Virus record (IMG/VR): IMGVR_UViG_3300021256_000008
Coordinates: 21,079 to 85,078 of that record
Source of the DNA: a virus
Taxonomy: Duplodnaviria; Caudoviricetes
Length of the DNA: 64,000 bases
Reading direction: 5' to 3' (one strand)
Shown here: one piece after another, positions 29,164-37,144 of the stretch
Position numbering within the stretch: position 1 is the stretch's first letter
How the letters are laid out: each line of letters begins with the position of its first letter
Notes under the pieces: model-generated
What the model was told of the DNA's origin: nothing
Databases searched by the model: none
What the model saw: only the letters and a program-made list of their open reading frames with translations
Translations under genes and position numbers: made by a program

Positions 29164-29544
29164 TTATTCTCCTTTCGTCCAGTAATACGTGGGCGTCTCA
29201 CTCCCTGAATCCCATGTATCGTAATAGTCTCCATCTACTACAGTTACAACATGCTGATCTAAGACCAATAAAAAGCTGCCGAGAGGATGATCTCGACAGA
29301 AGTCTTTTACAGTATATTTACCTAGAAATTGGTCAGGAATAAACCTTCTTGTAAATCCAAGCTTATAAAGATATGCTCCCCAGGTGGCGTTCCCGGAGGG
29401 CATATCTTTATACAGGAATCCTTGGAAGGTAGTGGCGGTATAGACTGTATCCCAGTCCTGGTTAAGCAACTTACAGATTGCTCTTATAGTACAGTCGCCA
29501 ACAAACCTTCCATTTGGATTCGGGTTGAAAAATTTAAAGGCCAT
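29164..29544 (-). CDS. Putative papain-like cysteine peptidase (C39-like), 126 aa
   Basis: GDCTIRAI (Cys) and HVVTVVDG.YYDTWDS (His/Asp) pattern. Confidence 0.55.
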   Translation of the reverse strand: MAFKFFNPNPNGRFVGDCTIRAICKLLNQDWDTVYTATTFQGFLYKDMPSGNATWGAYLYKLGFTRRFIPDQFLGKYTVKDFCRDHPLGSFLLVLDQHVVTVVDGDYYDTWDSGSETPTYYWTKGE

Positions 29545-29550
29545 TTTGTT

Positions 29551-29904
29551 TTAATAGCCGTAACGCGATACTTCTTTAAGAGTCCACTCTAGCTCAGCAA
29601 TCTGTTCTTTGAACACGTTTACAACTGTCGCTGAGACTGGCGTATCAAAGATCTGACGCGTTTTTAGATAAATATACTGCTTTACTTCTTCTGGTCTGGT
29701 ATCGGCCGACATAAAATCATCCCAAGTTTCTGATGAACCTGTGATCTTAAAAGGAAGTGTAGGACCGACACCAAGTTGGCATAGTCGGGAAAATGCAGTA
29801 TTAATATGGATGATAAGATCTGTATCGAAGATTTCATATGATGCAGATGGACCTATCATCTTACGAATTGTTTCTAAAATACTATTCGTTTCTTCAGTTG
29901 GCAC
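29551..29904 (-). CDS. Head-tail connector (adaptor)-like protein, 117 aa
   Basis: SIL.TI.KM.G...FD.DLIIHIN.AF..L.QLGVGP...VK.YIYLK...FD.P; GTG start with SD GAGGTG. Confidence 0.6.
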   Translation of the reverse strand: MPTEETNSILETIRKMIGPSASYEIFDTDLIIHINTAFSRLCQLGVGPTLPFKITGSSETWDDFMSADTRPEEVKQYIYLKTRQIFDTPVSATVVNVFKEQIAELEWTLKEVSRYGY

Positions 29905-29926
29905 GGGTCGTCACCTCTGTTTCCTA

Positions 29927-29955
29927 TTGAGAAATGTCTTATGTTTTGCTATAAT
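29927..29955 (+). promoter_or_regulatory. Host sigmaA-type promoter
   Basis: TTGAGA-17 nt-TATAAT with extended -10 TG, upstream of the only clear plus-strand gene. Confidence 0.75.
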
Positions 29956-29991
29956 GAAGTCACATAACAAATATAAGAAAGGATTGCGGGC

Positions 29992-30588
29992 ATGAAAAAA
30001 TTCATTTCAATGATGCTGGTTCTGACGCTGCTTGGAAGTTTATTCTCTGTAACATCTTTTGCTGATGCCAAATCTGACATTGAAGTAATGTCAAAAATAG
30101 CAGACAAACTTTTTGATACTTCAGATGACATGGATGTCCAGGTATTCTTTTCAGCAGCTACTTATGAACTGTTACGTAGAAAAATTATTTCGGTTGAGCA
30201 ATGCAATGAAATACTTTCAATCATTCAGTCACCGGATAAAAATACTTATACATTCGGTAAGGGAACCTTTATTGTCGGTACAGATCTGAAAGCCGGCACC
30301 TATAATATCTTTTGTGAATCTACGGACCAGGATAATTACTCGGACAGCATAAGTTCTTTCGGAGATCTCTATACCCAGTATGGGATGCAGGAATATGCAG
30401 ACGCTTTTAGTTCTCTTGGTGGTCTTGCTGATTCGATGAAGTCTATTACTGTTACGACTTACTCTTCCAGAGGTCTGATGGATAAGTACTACACACTGAA
30501 AAATAATGAATCAGCTCGTATCATTCTGACAGATGGAATGCAGCTTGAAATTAGCGGCGGAACTGCAAGACTTGAGTTCGTAAGATAA
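29992..30588 (+). CDS. Secreted/surface protein with a signal peptide (moron-like), 198 aa
   Basis: MKK + hydrophobic core + SFA-D cleavage-like site; GTFIVGTDLKAGTYNI motif; SD AGAAAGGA; own promoter. Confidence 0.75.
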   Translation: MKKFISMMLVLTLLGSLFSVTSFADAKSDIEVMSKIADKLFDTSDDMDVQVFFSAATYELLRRKIISVEQCNEILSIIQSPDKNTYTFGKGTFIVGTDLKAGTYNIFCESTDQDNYSDSISSFGDLYTQYGMQEYADAFSSLGGLADSMKSITVTTYSSRGLMDKYYTLKNNESARIILTDGMQLEISGGTARLEFVR

Positions 30589-30589
30589 C

Positions 30590-31021
30590 TTAAATCTTCC
30601 AGGGACATGTGTCATTTGGTGTTCTTACTACGAGCTCATAAGGTGTAATAAGAGACTCGTCACCATAATGAATCGCGTCATGAGTTCGTTTACGACAAGA
30701 AATAACATACTCGGGATTCATTAAGAACTGTGTCTGATCAATGATGTCTTTCGTATCTATTGGATTCATATGGTGAATAAATATCTTTTCATGCTCCCCA
30801 AACGGATGATCAAGATCCGCCAAGTCACAACCGAAGTCTCTTAAAATTATCTCTCTTCTAAACTTTCGCCATTCGTACGATGTGTAGAATTTTTGATTTA
30901 AATATCGCTCCCAGCCAAAAGTTTCTTCACCAACTTTTCCGCCGAGCTTTAGATAGCGAAAACGCTCAAGAAATGTAGGAAGAGCCATAAGCTCAGAATA
31001 CGTACGGATTTTCTGGTACAT
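30590..31021 (-). CDS. HNH endonuclease (terminase-associated type)
   Basis: W...R..I..RD.GCDL; IHHMNP; H.AIH; start moved to MYQKIR at 31021. Confidence 0.85.
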   Translation of the reverse strand: MYQKIRTYSELMALPTFLERFRYLKLGGKVGEETFGWERYLNQKFYTSYEWRKFRREIILRDFGCDLADLDHPFGEHEKIFIHHMNPIDTKDIIDQTQFLMNPEYVISCRKRTHDAIHYGDESLITPYELVVRTPNDTCPWKI

Positions 31022-31358
31022 CGGTAGACTCCGTTCTATAATTCTTAAGAGCTGCAACAACTTCTTTGTAAAATATAGCACGATCTTTCTCGGACTCGAT
31101 AGCCGATGTCTTAGCTCTGAGTAACGCGTTCTCCTCTTGCAGTTTCGCCATCTCTTCTCTATACTTTGCAGAACCGGCCTTTAGAAAAGGAACTATCTCG
31201 GCAGCCGTTGCAGTGCCATTATCAATTCGCTCTTCAACAAGGCGATAGCTTTTCATGATCAATCGGTTCTCATACTCTTCTGGAGTGGTCGGAATTGGCT
31301 CAGGAAAAACTTCACTACTAGTTTGTTTGGGTTTTCGTGCAGCCAAGGTATAGTTCAT
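30993..31358 (-). CDS. Candidate terminase small subunit, ~121 aa
   Basis: Small helical protein with a C-terminal coiled coil next to the HNH gene and the non-coding GC-rich site; assignment is positional only. Confidence 0.4.
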   Translation of the reverse strand: MNYTLAARKPKQTSSEVFPEPIPTTPEEYENRLIMKSYRLVEERIDNGTATAAEIVPFLKAGSAKYREEMAKLQEENALLRAKTSAIESEKDRAIFYKEVVAALKNYRTESTDVPENPYVF

Positions 31359-31383
31359 CTCCTTTCTTGCCTAGTTTTACCAT

Positions 31384-31537
31384 AGTCTCGATACTTTTTA
31401 GGTGAGTATGATGCTAGTTTTCACTAGAGTATGGACGGAGCAAATGACACGAAAGGAGAACCCTTGGAAGAAGAGGAATACGGCAATGAGCAAAACCGTT
31501 AACGAATACATCATACTCACTTAAAAAGCATCGGACT
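31384..31537. repeat. Long imperfect inverted repeat (about 29-nt arms)
   Basis: AGTCTCGATACTTTTTAGGTGAGTATGATG (31384-31413) pairs with CATCATACTCACTTAAAAAGCATCGGACT (31509-31537). Confidence 0.85.
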
Positions 31538-31550
31538 AAAATATAAACTA

Positions 31551-31623
31551 TCCCCCCGGAGGAAAATTTAGGACCCGCGCGATTATGGGCCCCCTATATT
31601 ATATTTTGACCCTCCCCCGGGTG
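31551..31623. other. GC-rich island in a non-coding gap; putative packaging/genome-end site
   Basis: CCCCCCGGAGG...GACCCGCGCG...GGGCCCCC...CCTCCCCCGGG in an AT-rich ~480-bp gap next to HNH and the terS candidate. Confidence 0.4.
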
Positions 31624-31834
31624 TTTATATCCGATTTATATTTAGTTTATGTTCATAAAAGACGAATGAACAAGCGCAAAGCGCATAGAAGTTGTAAGAA
31701 ATGCAACTAGATAGCGATTCGTTATGAGATAGTTGACATCTATACCTATAATCAATCTATAATCATACAAAAAGCTATCTAGTTGCGGTCTAGTTTCAGT
31801 TTATTTCGTTTCTATTATTACAATTTTATTCTTT

Positions 31835-32101
31835 CTAACTCTCTACGACTTTTACATAACATACTTCTTTTCCAGTAACAGGACTAATCATTCGAAGATC
31901 CATCGCTACAATCTCATCACAAGCATCTTCGATAGCCTGATCCATTTCTTTTTCCGTAAGATCGGGAGAAATAGCAGCAATGCGCGCGAGGTAGGACATG
32001 GAATAATAGCCACATTCTTTTTCGTCATACGCTGCCCAACGATCATATTGTTTGAATGGATCAAACTTATTGTCACTTGTTGTTATTAGTGTTCGCGCCA
32101 T
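31835..32101 (-). CDS. Conserved hypothetical protein, 88 aa
   Basis: TT.DN.FDPF.Q.D.W..YD...GYY...YLARIA; overlaps the end of the RNA polymerase gene. Confidence 0.65.
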   Translation of the reverse strand: MARTLITTSDNKFDPFKQYDRWAAYDEKECGYYSMSYLARIAAISPDLTEKEMDQAIEDACDEIVAMDLRMISPVTGKEVCYVKVVES

Positions 32102-34883
32102 TGTTCAAATCGCCTCCCATTCCATTAAAGTTCTTGAATTCTTTTGCTAAAGCATCTACTGAAACTCCTAATTCTTTTGCTACAGTTGAAGGTGCATAGC
32201 CAGAATTCAATAATACTCTTGCACGACTTTTTGTCGTTGCTTTCATTCCGGTAGAGGCTCTTGGTAAAGCTCTTTCTTTTATTTTAGTTTTATCTGAGTA
32301 TCTTAAAACTTTTTGGAACTGAGTATCTGAAATAGCTCCAGCCTGAATTGCTTCCCATTCACGATCAGTAAGATCTATTCTGTAACGTTTTTCATGTCTT
32401 CCGCCATTTACAGCGTCTCTTGCATTATCTAAAGCTTTAGCGGCAAGTTTTCTTCTCTTATCAGCATGATCTTTATCTCTAAGAGAAGGATCAGCCGCTT
32501 CTTTTGCTCTCATAACATTTGAGGCAATGATCTGAGCTTGACGCTCTTTCGGAGCCTCGAGTTCTGCTCGAGCAATCTTCTTTGCAAGAGTTCCGTCTTT
32601 TCCTACAACATCGTCGTAGACTTCACGTGCGGTCTTGTTCTGTTCAAGCCGACCAGTAGAACGAGCTTCTTTACGAGCTTCATTTGCCAGCGCTTTCATT
32701 CTATTAGAATGCTCAGCATACACTTCTTCAATGTAATAACCGGCGGACAGTTCATGAGCATCGTCTACAACCGATAATTTTTCAACTTTGTCAATATTGT
32801 CTACCCATTTACCATTCTTATCTTTATGCTTATGACCCGTAGGACGATAGATCTTTTCACCTCTATCATAACGTTCCTTCTCTTCCGGTGTCATGGTAGA
32901 GTAGGCATAGATTTCCTTTCTCTCAGGAATTCTGGTCTCACCCTTAGCTCTCGAAATCAGTGTGGAAGCGCCGCCACCATCCTGATAAAGTTCTTTAAGT
33001 TGAGCGATGCCATTATCTTCGTAAGACTTTTTCCAGTCAAGGTTGTGTTTTTCGGCATCTATTACGCACATTGAATGCCTAACGGCTCGTTCGATTTCGC
33101 TTGGATCAGCGCCCTTGATCGTCATGTCCGTAATCAAGTTGGATGCCATACCCATCTGAACGCCTTTATTAAAGCCGTCGCCCTTCTTTCCATCCTTGCT
33201 TTTACCGGTTCGAATCGGATCGTTCGGATCTCTCGTGTAGTAATCGGACGGATTGTAATCGATGAGACCTTCCATAGGAGGAGCTGTCTTTAGCTTTTGG
33301 CCTTTTGTCGGAATAACAAGAACTGTATCGCCGTCATAATCTGCGCCAGATAGCTGGTTTGCAGAACGTGAATTAATCCCAATTGCGTGCGCTGCAGATG
33401 TACCAAGAAGCGCTTTTCCTTCAGGATTGTTATTATTTACAATCAGCCTTGGAATCTGGAAAACGCCTTCATGCGGATGACGAACAAGAATGACTTCTTC
33501 TCCCTGTTCATACATAGGAGCATAAACTTCGTTATCTTTAAGACTCGTAACAGGTAAAATTGCAAAAGCACCTTGGCGCGGCAATGCAGCGGCTTTCAAA
33601 TGCACGGCGGCAGAATCACATGTATCTGCAAACTCTTCGCAAAGTTGCCTCTTAAGAGTCGGATTTGTGATAGATTTAAGTTCCTCAAATTCATCGCTCA
33701 TTTCGCCATAGCGGAGATCGAGTTGCTTTTTTGCAAGCTGTGGCCACTGCTTCGAAAGAAATTGGGATGACAGGTTTTTCTTCCACGTATCCCAGTCTTC
33801 ATCATCGTTTACGATGTTAATCGGCGACGTATGTTTTTCACCATTAGGGCCATCGTATTCCCACTGCCTAAAAGATGCTCCAAACGGATTTTCGGCATCG
33901 ATTTTTCCTTTATCGTCCGTTTTCATTTCTTTAAGAACGGTGTTATCACCTTTCCCAATCATCGGAACATCTGAATGCTTATTTGTATTAAACACAATAT
34001 CGACGCCGGGAGGCATCTTTGAAGGATCACCATAAACGGCCATTCCCTTCAGATAATGTGTCCCATCAACACCAATTCGAACCTGGGCATAGTTTCTGCC
34101 GCCCAAATATAAATCATCGGTTCCTGGACGAATCTCGATAACTCCGTCTTTCTCCTGTCCGCCGCCAGGTTCACCAGTATTGTAGTTCACCATGACGCGG
34201 CTTGAATCGATACTCGGGATCGGCTTTCTGTGAACTGCAGTTTCGCCGTAGTCCTCAAAATATAAACCTTCAGGCGATGTTACTTTCCCAAGATTCTCTT
34301 TAAGCTCTGCTTTGGTTACTTCGCCATCACAAAGAATTTTTAGATTCGTAAACTGCTTCGGATTACTGACCTGAGGAAGGCGATAATCATAGACGTTGTA
34401 TCCTTCGTCTTCAAGAAGCAGTCTTGCAGCATGAAGCTGCTCTTCACTGATATTCAGCTGACGGTTAACACCTTCACCGATGTCCAGATACGGTTTGTCT
34501 TTCAGATACTCTTTCAGCTCGTTAGCGATATTCTGTACAGTATCTTCGCGACGTTTCTTTGATGGATCCAAAAGATTACGAACAGTACCTTCTGAAACTC
34601 CAAGCTTTTCAGCAATTGCCGTGTTACTCCAGCCTTTATCTTTCAGCTTCAGGGCTGTCATCTGATTTTCGGCACCGATTTGATTCTTATAGATCTTTCG
34701 CATGGCGACATAATCGCCGGTACTCAAACCCATAGCTTCAGCAATTTGCTTCTTTGATAGTCCTTGTGCGGCAAGGTCGTCAGCGCGCTGAAGAAAGTTT
34801 TTATTACGCTGAGGATTCTTTCCGGATCCCCAAGGGTAACGTCCAGAATGTCTAGGTGTTCCGTAATGTTTTAAAATATTCAT
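32073..34883 (-). CDS. Single-subunit two-barrel (DPBB) RNA polymerase, YonO/QDE-1-like, with HTH domains
   Basis: LSGADYDGD (33327-33347), upstream LVRHP, and AQVRIG...LKGM resemble RdRP-family signatures; two N-terminal HTHs (KKQIAEAMGLS, NTAIAEKLGVSEGTVRN) and a C-terminal HTH (STVAKELGVS); ATG 34883 preferred over TTG 34895. Confidence 0.8.
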   Translation of the reverse strand: MNILKHYGTPRHSGRYPWGSGKNPQRNKNFLQRADDLAAQGLSKKQIAEAMGLSTGDYVAMRKIYKNQIGAENQMTALKLKDKGWSNTAIAEKLGVSEGTVRNLLDPSKKRREDTVQNIANELKEYLKDKPYLDIGEGVNRQLNISEEQLHAARLLLEDEGYNVYDYRLPQVSNPKQFTNLKILCDGEVTKAELKENLGKVTSPEGLYFEDYGETAVHRKPIPSIDSSRVMVNYNTGEPGGGQEKDGVIEIRPGTDDLYLGGRNYAQVRIGVDGTHYLKGMAVYGDPSKMPPGVDIVFNTNKHSDVPMIGKGDNTVLKEMKTDDKGKIDAENPFGASFRQWEYDGPNGEKHTSPINIVNDDEDWDTWKKNLSSQFLSKQWPQLAKKQLDLRYGEMSDEFEELKSITNPTLKRQLCEEFADTCDSAAVHLKAAALPRQGAFAILPVTSLKDNEVYAPMYEQGEEVILVRHPHEGVFQIPRLIVNNNNPEGKALLGTSAAHAIGINSRSANQLSGADYDGDTVLVIPTKGQKLKTAPPMEGLIDYNPSDYYTRDPNDPIRTGKSKDGKKGDGFNKGVQMGMASNLITDMTIKGADPSEIERAVRHSMCVIDAEKHNLDWKKSYEDNGIAQLKELYQDGGGASTLISRAKGETRIPERKEIYAYSTMTPEEKERYDRGEKIYRPTGHKHKDKNGKWVDNIDKVEKLSVVDDAHELSAGYYIEEVYAEHSNRMKALANEARKEARSTGRLEQNKTAREVYDDVVGKDGTLAKKIARAELEAPKERQAQIIASNVMRAKEAADPSLRDKDHADKRRKLAAKALDNARDAVNGGRHEKRYRIDLTDREWEAIQAGAISDTQFQKVLRYSDKTKIKERALPRASTGMKATTKSRARVLLNSGYAPSTVAKELGVSVDALAKEFKNFNGMGGDLNNGANTNNNK

Positions 34884-34884
34884 A

Positions 34885-35457
34885 TCAGCCTTCAACCTCT
34901 CTCAACGAATCCTGGACCCAGCCATCTTTTTCTTTGATGTTATAGATGACTTCTTCAACGCGGTCCTTATCAGGACTAAACTCCTGAATATCATCATTCT
35001 GATAAATACGCAGATTCACTTTTGTGTTAAGCGGATTTACGCCATAGGCCCGCTCATATTCCAAAAGAAAAAGAGCAGCATAAATTTCAAGCTGCTCCAT
35101 ATGAACCGGTCCGCTGCCGGTTTTGAGATCATGAACACGAAGAATACCGTGATCAAAATTAATTGCATCGCTATGGCCAAAGCATGAGTCAGAATACTTT
35201 AAAGCAACTTCAGGCGTCATTCCGAAACCAATTGCATCGTTTACATATGCAACCAGTGTTTGAGTTGAACCGCGAAGTTTCAAACCTTTATTTATCAAGC
35301 GAGCTGCAATGTCATGAAGTTCTGTACCTTCTGCAGCCGCTTTCTGTGCTCTGATATAATTTCTTATCTGATCCTGTGTATAATTTAACCAATACGGTTT
35401 ACTTGGACTCAGAAGAGCATGCTTGCCCTCCAGTTCTAAATGCTTGTTGAAGTTCAT
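34885..35457 (-). CDS. PD-(D/E)XK nuclease-like protein (DUF2800/Cas4-like)
   Basis: HALLSPS...W, EGTELH, FGHSDAI, VHDLKTG, QL.IYA; start moved to MNFNKH at 35457 (SD AGGAGG). Confidence 0.7.
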   Translation of the reverse strand: MNFNKHLELEGKHALLSPSKPYWLNYTQDQIRNYIRAQKAAAEGTELHDIAARLINKGLKLRGSTQTLVAYVNDAIGFGMTPEVALKYSDSCFGHSDAINFDHGILRVHDLKTGSGPVHMEQLEIYAALFLLEYERAYGVNPLNTKVNLRIYQNDDIQEFSPDKDRVEEVIYNIKEKDGWVQDSLREVEG

Positions 35458-35728
35458 CCAATACCTCCTGCTTATTCTCGGGGTAAATGAATCTCGCAAA
35501 CGACATCTGATCAGCACGCTCAACGTAATAATCCTGATTAGGCTGATGCGTTGATTTCTCTTCCCTTTTACATTCAAGCAATGCCCAATGATCTTTGTAT
35601 AAAACTGTGAGATCAGGGAATCCCTGTCGTGTCTCATTCTTATAGATCAACGCTTCAGGAAATATCTTTTCAAGCTCATCGATCAGATCTCGTTGGAACT
35701 TACTTTCAAGCGCTTTCTTATTAGCCAT
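35399..35728 (-). CDS. VRR-NUC domain nuclease, 109 aa
   Basis: ES.FQ, GFPDL, LECK, Q motifs. Confidence 0.75.
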   Translation of the reverse strand: MANKKALESKFQRDLIDELEKIFPEALIYKNETRQGFPDLTVLYKDHWALLECKREEKSTHQPNQDYYVERADQMSFARFIYPENKQEVLDELQQAFRTGGQACSSESK

Positions 35729-35777
35729 TTCGAAATCCCGAAGCAGATGCTAAAAATGCATATCTGCTTCCCTCTCT

Positions 35778-35802
35778 ACTATAGTCGCTGTAAATTTTAC
35801 GA
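35778..35802 (-). promoter_or_regulatory. Phage promoter motif, copy 1
   Basis: TCGTAA-AATTTACAGCGAC-TATAGT. Confidence 0.7.
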
Positions 35803-35871
35803 ATCGCGTAAAATGCGCCAAATAAGAAAAAGGAAACAGAATGCTAAAAATGCATATCTGCTTCCCTCTCT

Positions 35872-35896
35872 ACTATAGTCGCTGTAAATTTTACGA
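35872..35896 (-). promoter_or_regulatory. Phage promoter motif, copy 2
   Basis: TCGTAA-AATTTACAGCGAC-TATAGT. Confidence 0.7.
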
Positions 35897-37138
35897 TTTT
35901 CGTGATTTAAAGAAAACGCTTTCGTTGAAGTTCCGTTTTCGTTTAAGAGCTCTACTAATTGCAATATCAATAGGCGCCATTGATCTGAAGCTGTAGTAAT
36001 ATAAATCGTGGAAAGGAGTATTTCGCCGATCTATACGACCCATCGCTTGTTCGGTTGCTTTGTACGAATAACTCGGAGAATAGAATAGCATGGAGTCCGT
36101 TGTCGTGCAGTTCCATCCTTCTGCTCCCGCAGCATACTGAACAAGATAGACCCAGCGAATATCAGTCGGAACTTCTTCATGCCGGTGCCCGTTCCATTCC
36201 CTGACAACTGTGCCTTCCGGCCAGTTCGCATTCTTGAGAATATCAAGTTCATAATCGAAGTTATAAAAGATAATGAGTCTTGGATGTTCTTGCGCAATTT
36301 CCAAAACATTTTCAATTCTCGACGGATCTGAATTTACAATTTTCCGGAGAAGATAACAAAGTTCGCTGACATTCTCAACAGGCCTGTTTTCGAATATATT
36401 CCATCTTTCGCGCATGAGCACCCTGTAAGACTCACGGTCATACTCTACCGGTATAACTTCACTATGCCGCTCTGTCGGCTTCTGATATTCAATGTTCACA
36501 AGAATTGAATCCCGCATACGTTGCAAAATATAATCGTCGATGTAGCGGTCAACCTGCGGATACTTGGAATAGCGATTATAGACGACATGACGCATCTCGA
36601 ACTCTCTCTTAGTCCGAAAGAATCCGTTCGCAATAAAGATTGCCAGATAGTCCATCCAACAGTCTCCTGGTGTTGCCGTGAGAAATATCCAGTGATTTGA
36701 CTTTGAAATCTTTACGAACGCTCTTGCCCATGTCTTGTAACTCACCACTCTCTGTTCGTCAAATAGAAAGACTGCGTCTTTTACATCGATATACTTCTGA
36801 ACATTATTCCATGAATCGACAGTTACCTTTACCTTGTCTTTGTAGGATGACTTTTCAGGATTCGTCGAAAGTCCAAAAGGCTCCATCTCTTCATCCCATT
36901 CACCATCGTCACGTTTTTTGGCAGTGGTGATAATGTAAAGATCCTTCGGCCAGAGCATTGGAACAATATCATTCTTAAGACCTCGTTCCTTTCCGTTCAT
37001 CTGGCCGCCGCAAACCTTCGTGAAGTACCAGGCAAGGCCGGTCCGACTTTTGCCGGAACCGACTCCACCAATCAGAATATTACCGTTCTGCAATTGTTCA
37101 AGTGCCTTCAGCTGACCTGCATCAAGCTCCGGAGTCAT
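35891..37138 (-). CDS. SF2 (SNF2/DEAD-like) helicase, 415 aa
   Basis: GGVGSGKS, FDEQ, LTATP, EQAMGRIDR motifs. Confidence 0.9.
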   Translation of the reverse strand: MTPELDAGQLKALEQLQNGNILIGGVGSGKSRTGLAWYFTKVCGGQMNGKERGLKNDIVPMLWPKDLYIITTAKKRDDGEWDEEMEPFGLSTNPEKSSYKDKVKVTVDSWNNVQKYIDVKDAVFLFDEQRVVSYKTWARAFVKISKSNHWIFLTATPGDCWMDYLAIFIANGFFRTKREFEMRHVVYNRYSKYPQVDRYIDDYILQRMRDSILVNIEYQKPTERHSEVIPVEYDRESYRVLMRERWNIFENRPVENVSELCYLLRKIVNSDPSRIENVLEIAQEHPRLIIFYNFDYELDILKNANWPEGTVVREWNGHRHEEVPTDIRWVYLVQYAAGAEGWNCTTTDSMLFYSPSYSYKATEQAMGRIDRRNTPFHDLYYYSFRSMAPIDIAISRALKRKRNFNESVFFKSRKS

Positions 37139-37144
37139 TGTCGA

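Larger units (their letters stand above)
35747..35896. repeat. 56-bp direct repeat, two copies (35747-35802, 35841-35896), each carrying the phage promoter motif
   Basis: ATGCTAAAAATGCATATCTGCTTCCCTCTCTACTATAGTCGCTGTAAATTTTACGA occurs twice, 94 bp apart. Confidence 0.95.

Noticed and set aside
31733-31765. Plus-strand TTGACA followed by two TATAAT hexamers
   Set aside because: Spacers of 8 and 19 nt are non-canonical and there is no downstream gene. Kept only as part of the structured non-coding finding.
34885-35457. Cas4-like nuclease as evidence of a CRISPR-related system
   Set aside because: Stand-alone PD-(D/E)XK nucleases are routine in phage replication/recombination blocks, and there is no array or other cas gene.
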